64,000 nt of DNA from Paraspadella gotoi (Eukaryota > Animalia > Chaetognatha), in NCBI GenBank assembly GCA_051294375.1, contig CM119271.1, forward strand, positions 180,721-244,720, given 5' to 3'. Of the stretch, positions 1 to 11,409 are shown one piece after another; the first letter of the stretch is position 1; each line of letters starts with the position of its first letter. Made by a program: the position numbers and the translations under genes. The notes under the pieces were generated by a model. It saw nothing but the letters and a program-made list of their open reading frames with translations, had not been told where the DNA came from and did not search any database.

Positions 1-2138
1 CCGACGTATTAGATATGAAGAAATATTTTTTTTCTTTCTGCACATTCTGTATTTTAAACTTCTAAAGCCTGTAAGTTTGCCAGTATAGAATGTAGTTGAT
101 CGTACAGCAAATTAGTATTTAATTAGATTTATTTTCATATTGCATTTTTTTCCGTAAATAAACTTTTTATTTGGTATTTATTAAGATTGTCCTAAATTTT
201 TTTCAAAATTCAAAATTCCAAGTTTGATTGTACATAATTGAGGATGAGAGTTGTTATTTTGCAATTTGTTACTAGTATAAGCGAATACAAATTGTATTAC
301 AATTGTATTACAATGAACGAGGTTAGGAACGATTGGTCAATTAAAAGGGTCCCCAAAGTATGAGCCCTACCTTTTCAGCCTGCAAAAAGTACAAGTATGT
401 CAGGAAAAGAATAAGGGGAAATGTAAGCTCAACTTTTTAAATTTTGATGCGTGATGAAGGGAATTATGAATCAGTTTGGTCTTCACTTGTGATCGCGAGC
501 AGCGTGAGTGAACAATAATGAACGCGACCTCGACGATTCCACGATCGATTTTCATACGCTAGATCGCCCTCTTTTCTGCGAGTTACTTAAACTTGTAGAA
601 AAAAAGTGTTTTAAATCCTAACGATTAACTATTAGTAGCATTAGTACTTACTAACAACGATAAATTAAAAAAAAACTCATTTTACTATCCGCTTTTTTTT
701 ATTTCGTGAAGATAAGCAGGAAAAGCGTAGATAAGCTAAAAAAAGTATATGTAACAAGTAGTTCGATAGGCGACTCATAAAAACACAGCATGTAAACAAA
801 CTTGATTCGGACTTTCGTTCTTGATAAAAATAAAAACAAACAAAAAACAAGTCAGAGATCTGACTTGAAAATATTTAGGATCAAAAAAGTTTTATATATT
901 TAATCCGAATCTTTACTACCATTATGATGGCACTTAATAATCATGAGAAAACTACCAATTAACGACTACAAAAATGATTTGCCTGACACATAAAAAAAGT
1001 CCTATCATGCTGTTGATTTGTTTCGCATGCTCAGTAACGAATTAGCAAAGATTTGTATAACAATGATAAAACCCATACTTATGAACAAAAGACAAACTCG
1101 AAAAAAAATAAGGTTCGCCGGTGACAATGGAAAATCAGAGGCACTCGAGCTATCGTTTACTACTTAAACGAGAAGCATTGAGAAAATCTAAATAGTAAAA
1201 AAAAGCAGCTTGAATTAAGAAAAAAAATTCCAACTGATGTTCACATCTCTCAGAAACGAACAATAACAAGAAAATTCTTGAATACGTACAACAAATACCA
1301 AAAGAAAGAATATTGACCAGCGTTAACACAACTATTTTTCTATTCCACTACATCTAACGAAAGCAGAATATCCGCTACTGGGCTATTTCACAATCAAAGC
1401 GACTAGAGAGAGAAAAAAACACACAAAAACTAGAGATAACATTATTTTGTATGATTTGTTTTAGCACAAGATTCCACTCCATACTTCGTACTTGTATAAA
1501 AGGTATGTATAATTTGTAATAATATTTCTTTGTTACAAAAGACCTATAATTAACGATTGTAAAAAAAAATCCAAAAAAAGGCACACACAGAGTTGTTGTT
1601 ATACTTTTTTTTGACTAGCGAAGGGTGCGTCTAAAAAGGCAGCCCGAATGCGTAGGATGTAGATACGAAAAAAAAAGAGTAATAAATCAGCCGCACCAAT
1701 TTACAAAATGTGCGAGGGGACAGGGGGGTGTCGATTGGTGGTTGATGAAAGGATTGGGAGGCAAAGGGGTTTGGGAGAGGGTCGTATGGGCTATGAAGGG
1801 ATATCGGGAGGATGTGTGGCGGGCGAGGGGCAATGAGGATTCGCAAAATGATGTAGGAGCTTAAGGTGGACGACGTTTTGGGACAGGAGAGCGAGAGACA
1901 AAAGTTTTTTTTTACATATTTTTTGCGTGGGTTGAATTCTTAGATTTTTATCCCTCCGGTCTAAAAAGAGAAATTGCTGTCCTCAATCTTCAGAATTATT
2001 TCTTTTTCTTTTTTCTTTTTTTTATTCTTTTCCTCCAATGACACCAAGACGAATCCCAATTATCAACATCTCAAACGAATTTCGTTTTGCAACACGGAAC
2101 TGTCGTCATCGTTGTCGTCATCCTCGTCGTCATGGTCG

Positions 2139-3806
2139 TCAGCTCGTCGAATGCGACGAATAAGACGACTGCTGCGACGACGACGCCACGAATCCGCCAG
2201 GGATTTGCTTGGCGTCGTTGGAGGAGCTGAAGGCGTAGGAGGTGGAACCGCCAGGCGTCTCCACGCTGTAGGTTTGGAAAGAGGAGTCGCCGGCCGGGAC
2301 GATGGGGATGATGGAGCCGCCGGAGCTGGAGAAGCCCGAGCCACCAATGGTGGAGCCGCCTATGGTGGAACCGCCTATGGTGGAACCGCCCATGGTGGAA
2401 CCGCCCATGGTGGAGCCGCCAATGGTGGAGCCGCCAATGGTGGAGCCGCCAATGGTGGAGCCGCCTATGGTGGAGCTGCCAATGTTGGAGCCGCCGATGC
2501 TGGAAAAGCTAGAGGTCCCAATACCAGAGCCGCCGACGCTAGAACCTCCGATCCCGGAACTGGAAAAGCCGGTGCTCATTCCGCCGCCCGAGCCGCCGCT
2601 CGAGCCGCCGCCCGAGCCGCCGTTCGTCATCGTCGTCGTCGACCCGCCGCCGATAGATGATCCGCCCACCACGCCAACCGAACCGCCACCGCCCATCCGC
2701 TCTATCATCTGTGCCTGCGCCATCTCCACCTGCTGTTGGGCCAACTGGAGTGGAGAGACTCCCGCGTGGAGCGATCCGGCGGGGAGCTCTTGGAAAGATG
2801 TGGTGGAGAAAGAAGAGGATTCTTGAGTGGAGAAAGTAGAGTACGTTGTGGAAGATGTGGTGACGACGCGACCAGGGGATGCAGGGCCGGGTGGATGGAG
2901 ACCGACGGGGATCTGAACAGAGAGAAGACCGGGAGCGGTGGAGGAAGTTGTGGAGGCGGAAGTGGAAGAGGAGGAAGAGGCGGCGTCGGTAGAACGAGAT
3001 CCACCATTCGCCATCATTAGGAGTCCGCCGCTGCTGCTGCTGCCGCCGATGCTGCCGCCGATGCTGCCGCTGCCGATATTTCCCACAGAGTTTCCAGAGA
3101 TGGTGCTCGAGCCTCCAGAGACCGATGTTCCGGCACTCGCGCCCCCTACGTGACCGTTGCCGACGACTTGGCCGCCGGAAACGACCGGCGATTTGAGACC
3201 GGACGACGGCGTGGCCGAAGATCGGATGCTGATACTGTATTCCGACTGAGGCGCCGTCAGCGAAGGCGATCGATTGTACCGTCCGTACGAATCTGTCGTC
3301 AACGATCCACGAGGCGACGCCAAAGGAGACGCAGATCTTCCAGAACCGTAGGTCACTCCACCGCCTGAAGTGTGGAGCCCGCTGCCGAATGGACCGCCGG
3401 AGCCGACGCCGGGAGAGAGAGCCGACGAGGCGGATCTCGGCGACTTCAACGACCTCGAATACGACGACGGCGACAGCGTCGATCGCTGGGAGGAACTGTA
3501 GCGGGAAGACGACGCCGCGGGACTCAGCGGCGACACAGACGATCGGCTGCGGTCCGGCATCGCCAGGGGACTCAGTGACGAGGCGGCGCCGCGGCGAAGC
3601 GAAGGCGTCTCCATCTCGTAGACGTTAGAGGCGGAGCGCTGACGGTTGGCGCCGAGAGAGGGCGACGACGACGACGCGGAATTGTCGAACTGGTACACGT
3701 TGGCCATGGAGTGATGTCGGTGGGTCACCGTGTCCTTGACCTCGTTCTGGATGACGGTTTTGACTACCTCTTCCGAGAAACGGACCTCTTCAGCTTCTTC
3801 GAGGAC
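2139..3806 (-). CDS. Gene X terminal exon: Ser/Gly/Thr-rich low-complexity tail (VLEEAEEVRFSEEV...SSYSSHSTS*)
   Basis: Acceptor ttttcccCAG at 3807-3809, phase 0, in frame with ORF 2139..3728, TGA stop. Confidence 0.85.
   Translation of the reverse strand, partial: VLEEAEEVRFSEEVVKTVIQNEVKDTVTHRHHSMANVYQFDNSASSSSPSLGANRQRSASNVYEMETPSLRRGAASSLSPLAMPDRSRSSVSPLSPAASSSRYSSSQRSTLSPSSYSRSLKSPRSASSALSPGVGSGGPFGSGLHTSGGGVTYGSGRSASPLASPRGSLTTDSYGRYNRSPSLTAPQSEYSISIRSSATPSSGLKSPVVSGGQVVGNGHVGGASAGTSVSGGSSTISGNSVGNIGSGSIGGSIGGSSSSGGLLMMANGGSRSTDAASSSSSTSASTTSSTAPGLLSVQIPVGLHPPGPASPGRVVTTSSTTYSTFSTQESSSFSTTSFQELPAGSLHAGVSPLQLAQQQVEMAQAQMIERMGGGGSVGVVGGSSIGGGSTTTMTNGGSGGGSSGGSGGGMSTGFSSSGIGGSSVGGSGIGTSSFSSIGGSNIGSSTIGGSTIGGSTIGGSTIGGSTMGGSTMGGSTIGGSTIGGSTIGGSGFSSSGGSIIPIVPAGDSSFQTYSVETPGGSTSYAFSSSNDAKQIPGGFVASSSQQSSYSSHSTS
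2340..2500 (-). repeat. 15-bp coding tandem repeat encoding GGST(I/M) pentapeptides
   Basis: About 10 units of gccgcc(a/t/c)atggtgga; degenerate copies continue to ~2620. Confidence 0.9.
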
Positions 3807-4015
3807 CTGGGGAAAAAGTTGTAATAAAAACTATGATTCAAATGTGGACTTTATTGTAAGAGAAAAATAGTTATGTACACTAATTTAAATGGAACAACTC
3901 ATTCAGAAAATGTAAATTAGATGAAAAAACTCAATCTTTGAAGAGAGAGTAATTATTGTTGTGTTAGTGACAGTAGCGTTCAGGCGGGTTAAGCGCCCCG
4001 TCCCTCTTTAACTGC

Positions 4016-4090
4016 TAGGCGACCACCGGGCTAAAACCCCGGACCTTTGGGTTGGGAGGCGAATGACTTGCCTCCGGCACCAATGGCTGC
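4016..4090 (-). mobile_element. Possible tRNA-derived SINE head fragment
   Basis: Minus strand reads GCCATTGGTGCCGGAGG...TCGCCTCCCAACCCAAAGGTCCGGGGTTTTAGCCCGG, which resembles tRNA-Gly(CCC) with degenerate A and B boxes. It is not an intact tRNA. Confidence 0.3.
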
Positions 4091-4220
4091 TGATGAACGG
4101 CTGGTGGATTTTAGTCCACCATATCTTTGATATTTCTCCTATCTTCATCAATCTTTTCCACAACCCTCCACGCCCGCTTTCCCCTGTATCTTTCATTTCC
4201 CTTTGCCCCTCGCCAACAAC

Positions 4221-4382
4221 CTTCTGCATCTCCGTGGAGAGTTTCCCCTTGACGTTCTTCTCGAGCGCCGCGAGCGAGGTTCGTCGCACAACGGAGGCGG
4301 GCAACGCTTCGTGCGCAACCGTTTTCCACGAGTTTTGATCAGAGGAGACGAGCACCTCCCACACCTCCGTCTCCTCCTCGGC
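4221..4382 (-). CDS. Gene X exon (AEEETEVWEVLVSS...KLSTEMQK)
   Basis: CAG acceptor after pyrimidine tract, AAG|GTTGTT donor, 162 nt, phase 0-0. Confidence 0.7.
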
Positions 4383-5706
4383 CTGGTGGGAGAGAGGGAG
4401 AGGGGATGAGTGGAGGGGAGAGGGAAGGAAGAAGAGAGTAGGGTGTTTGAAGAGGGTGGAAAAAGAAAAGAAAATATGAATTAATAAGTAAACGACAGAG
4501 GACTTTGAATATAGGTTTTTTTAAACTTTTTTATGTATTTTACAATACATTTAGTATTATATACGGACATGTTTTATATATTGCACATCAATTCTTTTCT
4601 TTTTCTATTTTTTTCCTGAGAGTGTATTATGGTCAAGACTCAAGAGTGTGCCGCTATATTTCATTCCATATGATACGCTCCTTTCTTACCCGAACACTAA
4701 AAAAAATTATGCACATGAAATTGAAATAACATTTTTTATATGTAAATAAAACTTTCCTTTGAAAACATGAAATTGATTCTATTCTAATTTCGACTAATAA
4801 AAAAATGTCGAAATCTCATCGCGAAGTTCCGCGTTAATAGCGTGAGAATTAAGCGAGGGGACTTTTTGTGTCGGTCATAATTACGGGCGTCGGTCCGAAG
4901 TCGACACCGAAGCGAAAAGCGAACGAAGCGCAGAAAACACAAACACACTCACACACACACAGTGTCACACACAAACGCATGAGATCGAGGGAATTCATGT
5001 GGGCCGATTCGTGATTTATAAACGCGAAAAACACTTCTTGTAATTTTGGAATCTAGATGACAATTTAGATACAAACAAAGAATTAAAAGCTTTCCATCAG
5101 GTTAAAAGCGTGATCCCCTAATGCAGGACAGCATTCATCCCTAGCGATCTAATCCTAAACGATCATTTTATCAAGTGTTTTGAATAGATCCAATCACGAA
5201 TCGGTCTCCATGGAAACAAACGATGTTGTTTTTTTCCTTACGAGAAGTGAAATTAAAGAGCGTGTGCGCGACCCGGCGAGAGAGGTCGTGGCAGAGGAGA
5301 GGTTGAGGGGAAAGGGATGGAAGATGAAATCAAAAGAATTGGGGGAAATGTTTTTTCTTTACGCCCCCCTCTCACCAAATTAATGATTAATTTTGAAATC
5401 TCCTTAGGAAGAAAGGATTTAAATTATCATTATTAGAGTACTAAGACGAAAAATCCCCGTTTCATTTTTAAGCTAAAAAAAAACGTAACGATTACTTTAT
5501 AGTTTTATATACTGCAATTGGTTAAAACGTTAGAATTATTAAACGAATCAAAGCGAAAATTAACTACTATTTTTGTTAGGAGAAACAAAAAAAAAGAAAT
5601 CATTTCTCGAAGAATGAAATTAGCGACGTGAATAACGACTAAGAAAACGTCGCATAACGCCGAGAGAGAAGTCGCCAAACTTCAAAAAACAAAAAGATTG
5701 ACGAAC

Positions 5707-5859
5707 CTTTTTGACTTCCTCCTTCGGCTTCTCCGCGATGTCGAACCGCACGTGTTTGTCCTCAGTCGTCGTCGTCGTCCCGAAATTCGTCGTCGTCGTC
5801 GTCGTTGTCGTCGTCGTAGAGAACTTCGGTCCGTTTGGCGACTCTGGCTGGATGACGAC
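5707..5859 (-). CDS. Gene X exon (VVIQPESPNGPKFS-polyT-EDKHVRFDIAEKPKEEVKK)
   Basis: GC-rich island, AAG acceptor after C-tract, AAG|GTTCGT donor, 153 nt, phase 0-0. Confidence 0.65.
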
Positions 5860-6683
5860 CTTGAGAATCGTGCGGGGGGGGGAGGGTCGCGGGTCAAAAT
5901 TCTCCCTCGATCATAACGGAAAGTAGTTGCGTGTCAAACGGTTAGATTATAAAGTGTCACCCAACACTCACCTCTCTTGGAAAAAGACTGGCCTGGCAAA
6001 AGACTAAATTTTCAAAAAGTTAAGAAAAACTTACCTTAAGCGCACTTTAATTACGTCTAAAATAGAGATTTGTTTCCCTGACCAACACCTGCCGTATATC
6101 TACTGACTCAACTGAAGCGAACTTACCTTCGGAATCCGGTCTAAGAGAGAAGGATCGACCGGGTTGGTTTCCGTCCACGTAGTGACATGCGCCTTCAACT
6201 AAACCACAGATTAAATGCAAAAAGAAATTCACCACAAATGGATTAACAAGAAAAGTTGAAAAAACACCGCAAATTACAGATTGCAGAAAAAACTGGGAAA
6301 GATTGGATATCTAGAATTTTAGGCTGAAATTGGTTTCAAAGACCAAAGGGATTTTTAGAAATTTTAAAAATTCAAGGTCACGGATGGTGACCCCATATTT
6401 TATGACATTTAAAAATCCCACCGGTTTTTGAATATATTTTGATTGCAGACTCAAAAATCAGCGAAATCCCATCGATTCCAGTAATTCTTGTGACGGCCTC
6501 AAAAACTGGCCGAACACGATTCACAGGTAAAAAGCGTCAATTATTTAAACACGAAAAGCGAAAAATCGCGAAACGTTTTCACGTCAATACGATTTGTATC
6601 CCAAATTTTTTAACGATAGCACTAAAGAGTGAAAACGGTATTTCAAGCCTGGATTTGTGAACTCTCTCCTTTTGCAGACTCAC

Positions 6684-6748
6684 ATCTTTGGGTTCTTCTG
6701 GGATAGTCGTGATCGTCGCCGACGACACCATCTTCACAAATTCGTCGT
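6684..6748 (-). CDS. Gene X exon (DDEFVKMVSSATITTIPEEPKD)
   Basis: Poly-T..CAG acceptor, GTGAGT donor, phase 1-0. Confidence 0.75.
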
Positions 6749-7563
6749 CTGGTGGTGAAAAAAAAAAAAGAAAAAAGATTAGAGATGAAAACGTTTGTTT
6801 TTGATATAAGAAAACTATAAGCGACATTCCGTCAACTGGATACAATAAAGAAAAATCTATGTGAAAAAATTATCTTTTTTAAAAAAAATGTTCTCGTGAG
6901 TTTTTGTCCAAAAATATATCTAATCTTTATTAAATTCTGTAATCTGAATATGTACTCGACTCCATACCCTCGGACGCAAAATGTAAAGGATAAGTTGTAG
7001 AAAAACTCATATAATAATTAACAATTCATCGAGGATAGATCGGTAGGCGAGTAGATACGACAAAATCGAAGGAACTGCGGCTTCGAAAAAATGAATCCGA
7101 GTAGCGTGATGAAACGCAAACGTGGTTCGTTTTAAAAATATTTTTAATAAATATATTTTTCATGCTGACAATTCAGATGATGGAACAAACAAAAAAAGTG
7201 GAACATGCTGTGATTGTGAGAGGAACGAAAGGAGCCCGTCACCGTTGTTCCGGAAAAAAAAAATAAAATAAAAAAATAAAACAAACTAAACAAAAATACC
7301 GGGACAACTTCTTATGAAGAATTTTAAACTAGAGACATAATTCGTGTCTTTTATCATAGAGAGAAAGGAAAAAGAGGAAAAAGGGAGAGAGAATATTTAT
7401 AAAATTTATGAAACTATTTAAATAGAACTGTTTTAACAAACCTAAATTGAGTGATTTTCTTAAAACAGATACCAACCAAACCAGCCCGAGTGAACCCCAA
7501 CCCCAAACAATTAACCACTATAAATTTTACCTGACCACCTGATACCCCGTGGCTCAGGTTTAC

Positions 7564-10500
7564 CTGGTCCGATGGCCACGTCTTGCTTGGCCGCCTTGGC
7601 CGCTTCTTCCTCGGCTTGTTTGCGTTGAATCTCCAATGTTTGTTTCTCCATCTGGATTCTCTGCCACTCCTCCGCCATCTTCCTCTTTCTCTCTTCCTCC
7701 TCCTTTCTTTTCTCCTCTTCCATCTCCTTCCTCTTTCTCTCCTCCTCCGCCCGCGCGCGTTCCAACTCTTGTATCCGTCGCTCTTCTTCCTTTCTCCTCT
7801 CTTCTTCTTCCTTGGCTCTCTTCTCGTTCTCCATTCTTTTCCTTTGCTCTTCCTCTCTCCTTTTCTTCTCGTCTTCCTCCATCCTCCTTTTCTTTTCTTT
7901 CTCTTCCTCCACCAATCTTTCCTCTAGTCTCTTCTTGTCAGCCTCCATTTTTCTTTTTTCTTCCTCCAACCTCCTTTGCTCTGCCTCCATCTTTTGCTTC
8001 AACTCCAACTCGGCAGCTCTCAAAGCTTCCTTTTCCTTTTTCCTCTGCTCTTCCTCCAACATCTTTCTCTTCTTTTCCTCCTCCAATCTCAACCGTTCCT
8101 CTTCATCCTTCCTTCTTTTTTCCTCCATTCTCCTCGCCTCCTCTTCCTTGGCCCTTCTCTCATCTTCCATCCTCTTTCTCCTTTCATCTTCCAACCTCTT
8201 CTTCTCCTCTTCCTCCATCCTCCTTTTCTTCTCTCTCTCTTCCTCCGCCTTCATTTCCTCCAATCTTTTCTTCTCCGCCTCAACCTTCATCCTCTCATCC
8301 TCCAATCTCTGCTTCTCCGCGTCCAACTTCCTCTGCAGCTCCAGCTCCGCAGCGCGCAGTCTCTCCTGCTCGTTTTTGCTCTGCATCGCGGACTGAGTGG
8401 TTATCACCTTCTTCTCCTGCTCAATTCTCATCCACTCTTCTTCCAACCTCCTTCTCCTTTCCTCTTCCTCCTTTTGTTTCTCAGCTTCCAATTTCTTCCT
8501 CAAAGCCTCTTCCTCGTTTCTCCTCCTCTCATCGTCCAGTCTCCTCTTCTCTTCCTCCAATTTTCTTCTCTCTTCTTCCATCTTCCACTTGTTCTCCTCC
8601 TCCTTTCTCCTCTTTTCAAACTCTGCTTGCCTAGCTTCCTCCTCGCGCATCCTCCGACGCCGCGCCTCCTCCTCCGCCATCAACTGCTGTTCCAGCTGGA
8701 GCCTCTCAGCCTCAAGACGCTTCTTTTCCTCGGCCATCCTCTTGCTCTCTTCCTCCATCCTACGCTTGTGCTCCAACTCGGCCAATCTCATTTGCTCCTC
8801 GTAGTCCCTCTTCTTCTGTTCCTCTACCTTTCGCCTCTCCTCATCCAACTTTCTCTTTTCCTCCTCCAACTGCCGCAGTCTTTCCAGATCCGCCATCTTG
8901 CTCTGCTCATCCTGCTGCACCCTGGACTTGAGATTCTCAATCCGGTCCAAATCATCCTGCAGCTTTCGCCGCTCTTTCTCGATGCGCAGCTTTTCCTCTT
9001 CGATCCTATACTTTTCCTCCTCCAACATCTTTTGATTCTCCATTAACTCTTTGGCTCTCGCCGCCTCCGCCTCCCGTCTATTCTTCTCTTCCTCCAGCCT
9101 CTTGGCTTCATCCTCCATCATCCTCTTATCATAAGCCAGTTTCCTCTCTTCCTCCTCCATCATGATCCTCTTCATCTCCTCCTCTCGTCTCAACTTGTCA
9201 GCCAACTCCCTCTGGGCCATGTCGTCCCTCATTTTCTTGTTCATCTCCTCCAGCAACTTGCGCTGACTCTCGTACTGTTTCCATTCAGCCTGAAGGCGCC
9301 GCTTTTCTTCCTCCATCTTTCTTGCCTCTTCGTTCAAATTCTCCGACTTCTCGTCGGCCTCTTTCTTCAACTTCTCGATTTCCGCTATCTGTTTGTTGAG
9401 ATGGATTTTTCTCAACTCTTCCTCCCTTTTCCATTTATCCTCCTCCATGGCCCTCTGACGTTCCAGATCGGCCCTGGCCCTCTCCGCTTCATCCATCAGT
9501 TTCCTCTTTTCTGCTTCGTTCAACCTCTGCTCTTCCTCCAATCGCCTCCTCTCGATCTCTATCTTCTGATTGACGGCGACCATCTCTTGATTGNNNNNNN
9601 NNNCGTCATCTCCGCCAACTTCTTGGCGTTTTCCTCTTCCATCTGCTTTTTGAGTCTCTCCAAATTGTTCTTTTGTTCTTCTATCCTCAATCTCTCGTCC
9701 TCGTTCTTCCTCCTATTCTCCTCCTGCGCCTTGAGCCTAGACTCCTCTTCCTCCTTCAGTCTGACCTCGTACAAGATCTTCCTCTCCTCAGCCAACTTCT
9801 TCATGTTCTCCGCCTCCTTCATGAGCCGCATGACGTCTTCTTCCTGCTTGCGCTTGTCGACGAGGGTCTTGTCCCTCTCGTCCTCCAGCCTGGAGCGATC
9901 TTGATCCATCTTTTCTTTCTCCATCGCCAAACGGCGCCGCTCTTCATCGATGATCCTCCTGTTGTCCTCGGCCGTCTTTTGAAGGGTGGCCATCTCTCCC
10001 TTCAGCCTCTCTTCCTCCTTCTTCCTCAATTCAATGATTTTAATCTGCTCTTCCGTTTTCGTTTCCAACTGCAGTAACATCATTCGCTCCTGTTCCGCCT
10101 TTTTCTTGGCCTCTTCCTCGTTCCTCCTTCTTTCCATCTCCAGTACCTGCTTGGCCTCTTCCAGTCTCCGTCTTTCTCCCTCAATCTTCAGCAGGTTTTC
10201 TTCCTCCATCCTCTTGATGGACGCTTCCCTCTCCTTGTTCTTCCTGTCATCCTCGGCCTTTTTCTTGGCCTCTTCCATCAGCTTCTTCTTGTCGACCTGC
10301 AATTGGAATTTTTCCGCCTCCAACTTCATCTTCTCTTCGTCGAGAAGTCTTTGCTTTTCCCTCTCGGCGCGCTTTCTCTCTTCCTCCTCCAGTTTGAGAC
10401 GATTCAACTCCTCCAGCCTCTTCATCTCCATCTCTTTGATCCTCTTTTCCTCCAGCTCCATCAAACGCTTCTCCTCCCGCAGCTTTTTCTTTTCTCTTTC

Positions 10501-10568
10501 CATGGCCTCTTGCGCTTCCTTCTCCGCCTTCTCTTTCGCCTTCTCCATTTCAAGTTGTTTTCGTAGCT
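7564..10568 (-). CDS. Gene X giant exon 2: ~1000 aa E/K/R-rich, single-alpha-helix (SAH)-like or trichohyalin-like
   Basis: ORFs 9559..10668 and 7511..9583 join across a 10-N gap (9594-9603). Acceptor tttgCAG at 10569; donor CAG|GTAAAC at 7563, with an alternative in-phase donor at 7530; phase 1-1. Confidence 0.85.
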
Positions 10569-11409
10569 CTGCAAATGCAAATTGTAAACGGGAATAAACA
10601 AGATCTTTGGGAGACCTGATTGGTTCGTTGTCACCGAAACCATTGACACAATCTAATCTAAAGAACAAGATTTAATTTTCATGGTTATGTTAAATTGTTT
10701 TTAACTTGATCTGATCAATATTTACTTTTATCATTGCATAAAAGAATGACATGACTAAATAAATATTGCATTCAGTAATGGAACAATTTTATAAAAGTAT
10801 TTAAAGTAAGACTTTTTTAAAAATCTTAGAATAGCTTAAGTCTTAAGTAATTAAACAATTGAGACTTCTTAAGCTGCAAAAGTGAAGATATGCATATTGT
10901 TTGTGCTTATTTCATGCAGTTATTACATATTTTTACGAATAAATAAACAGCACCAGAAATAAAAGATAATAACCAAGATTTGTCTGTTAAAAGTGTACAC
11001 AGACATATTCAATGGTAACAACCATAACAATTATACTCAGAAAGGAACAAAAAGAAATAAATAATCATGATGGACAATAAACAGAACTTAAAACAAAAAT
11101 GGCAAAAATAAAACTTTTTCAAGTTAGACAAGTTATTTTCATGATGAGAAGATGTACATTTCTGTAAATAAATTATTCATCATCCTAAATAATAAAACCT
11201 TTTATTTCTGAAATGAATGGAACTTTAAAATAAAATATCTAGTAATCTTGGGGGAAATAAACGTGCCACGGTTTATTTTTCAAACCTTCAGCACATCATG
11301 CACAAAATTCAATATCTTATATCACTAAATATCCTCGCGATTCGTTTCTTCCAATAGTTTGGAAGTGAAAACGCTCGACTACAACTGCAAAAACGCTTTA
11401 TTACAATAC

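Noticed and set aside
1-2100. Possible gene at the window start
   Set aside because: AT-rich with only short low-complexity ORFs; consistent with 3' UTR or intergenic DNA
2302-2826. Plus-strand ORF with (MVEPP)n repeats and other plus-strand ORFs at 1974-3628
   Set aside because: Antisense shadows of the GC-rich minus-strand terminal exon; no plus-strand splice structure
9559-9603. Apparent frameshift or two separate ORFs in the charged-helix region
   Set aside because: Caused by an arbitrary 10-N gap; composition is continuous on both sides
7549-10597. Long Phe/Ser/Leu-rich plus-strand ORFs
   Set aside because: Reverse complement of purine-rich E/K/R codons, which lacks stops by composition
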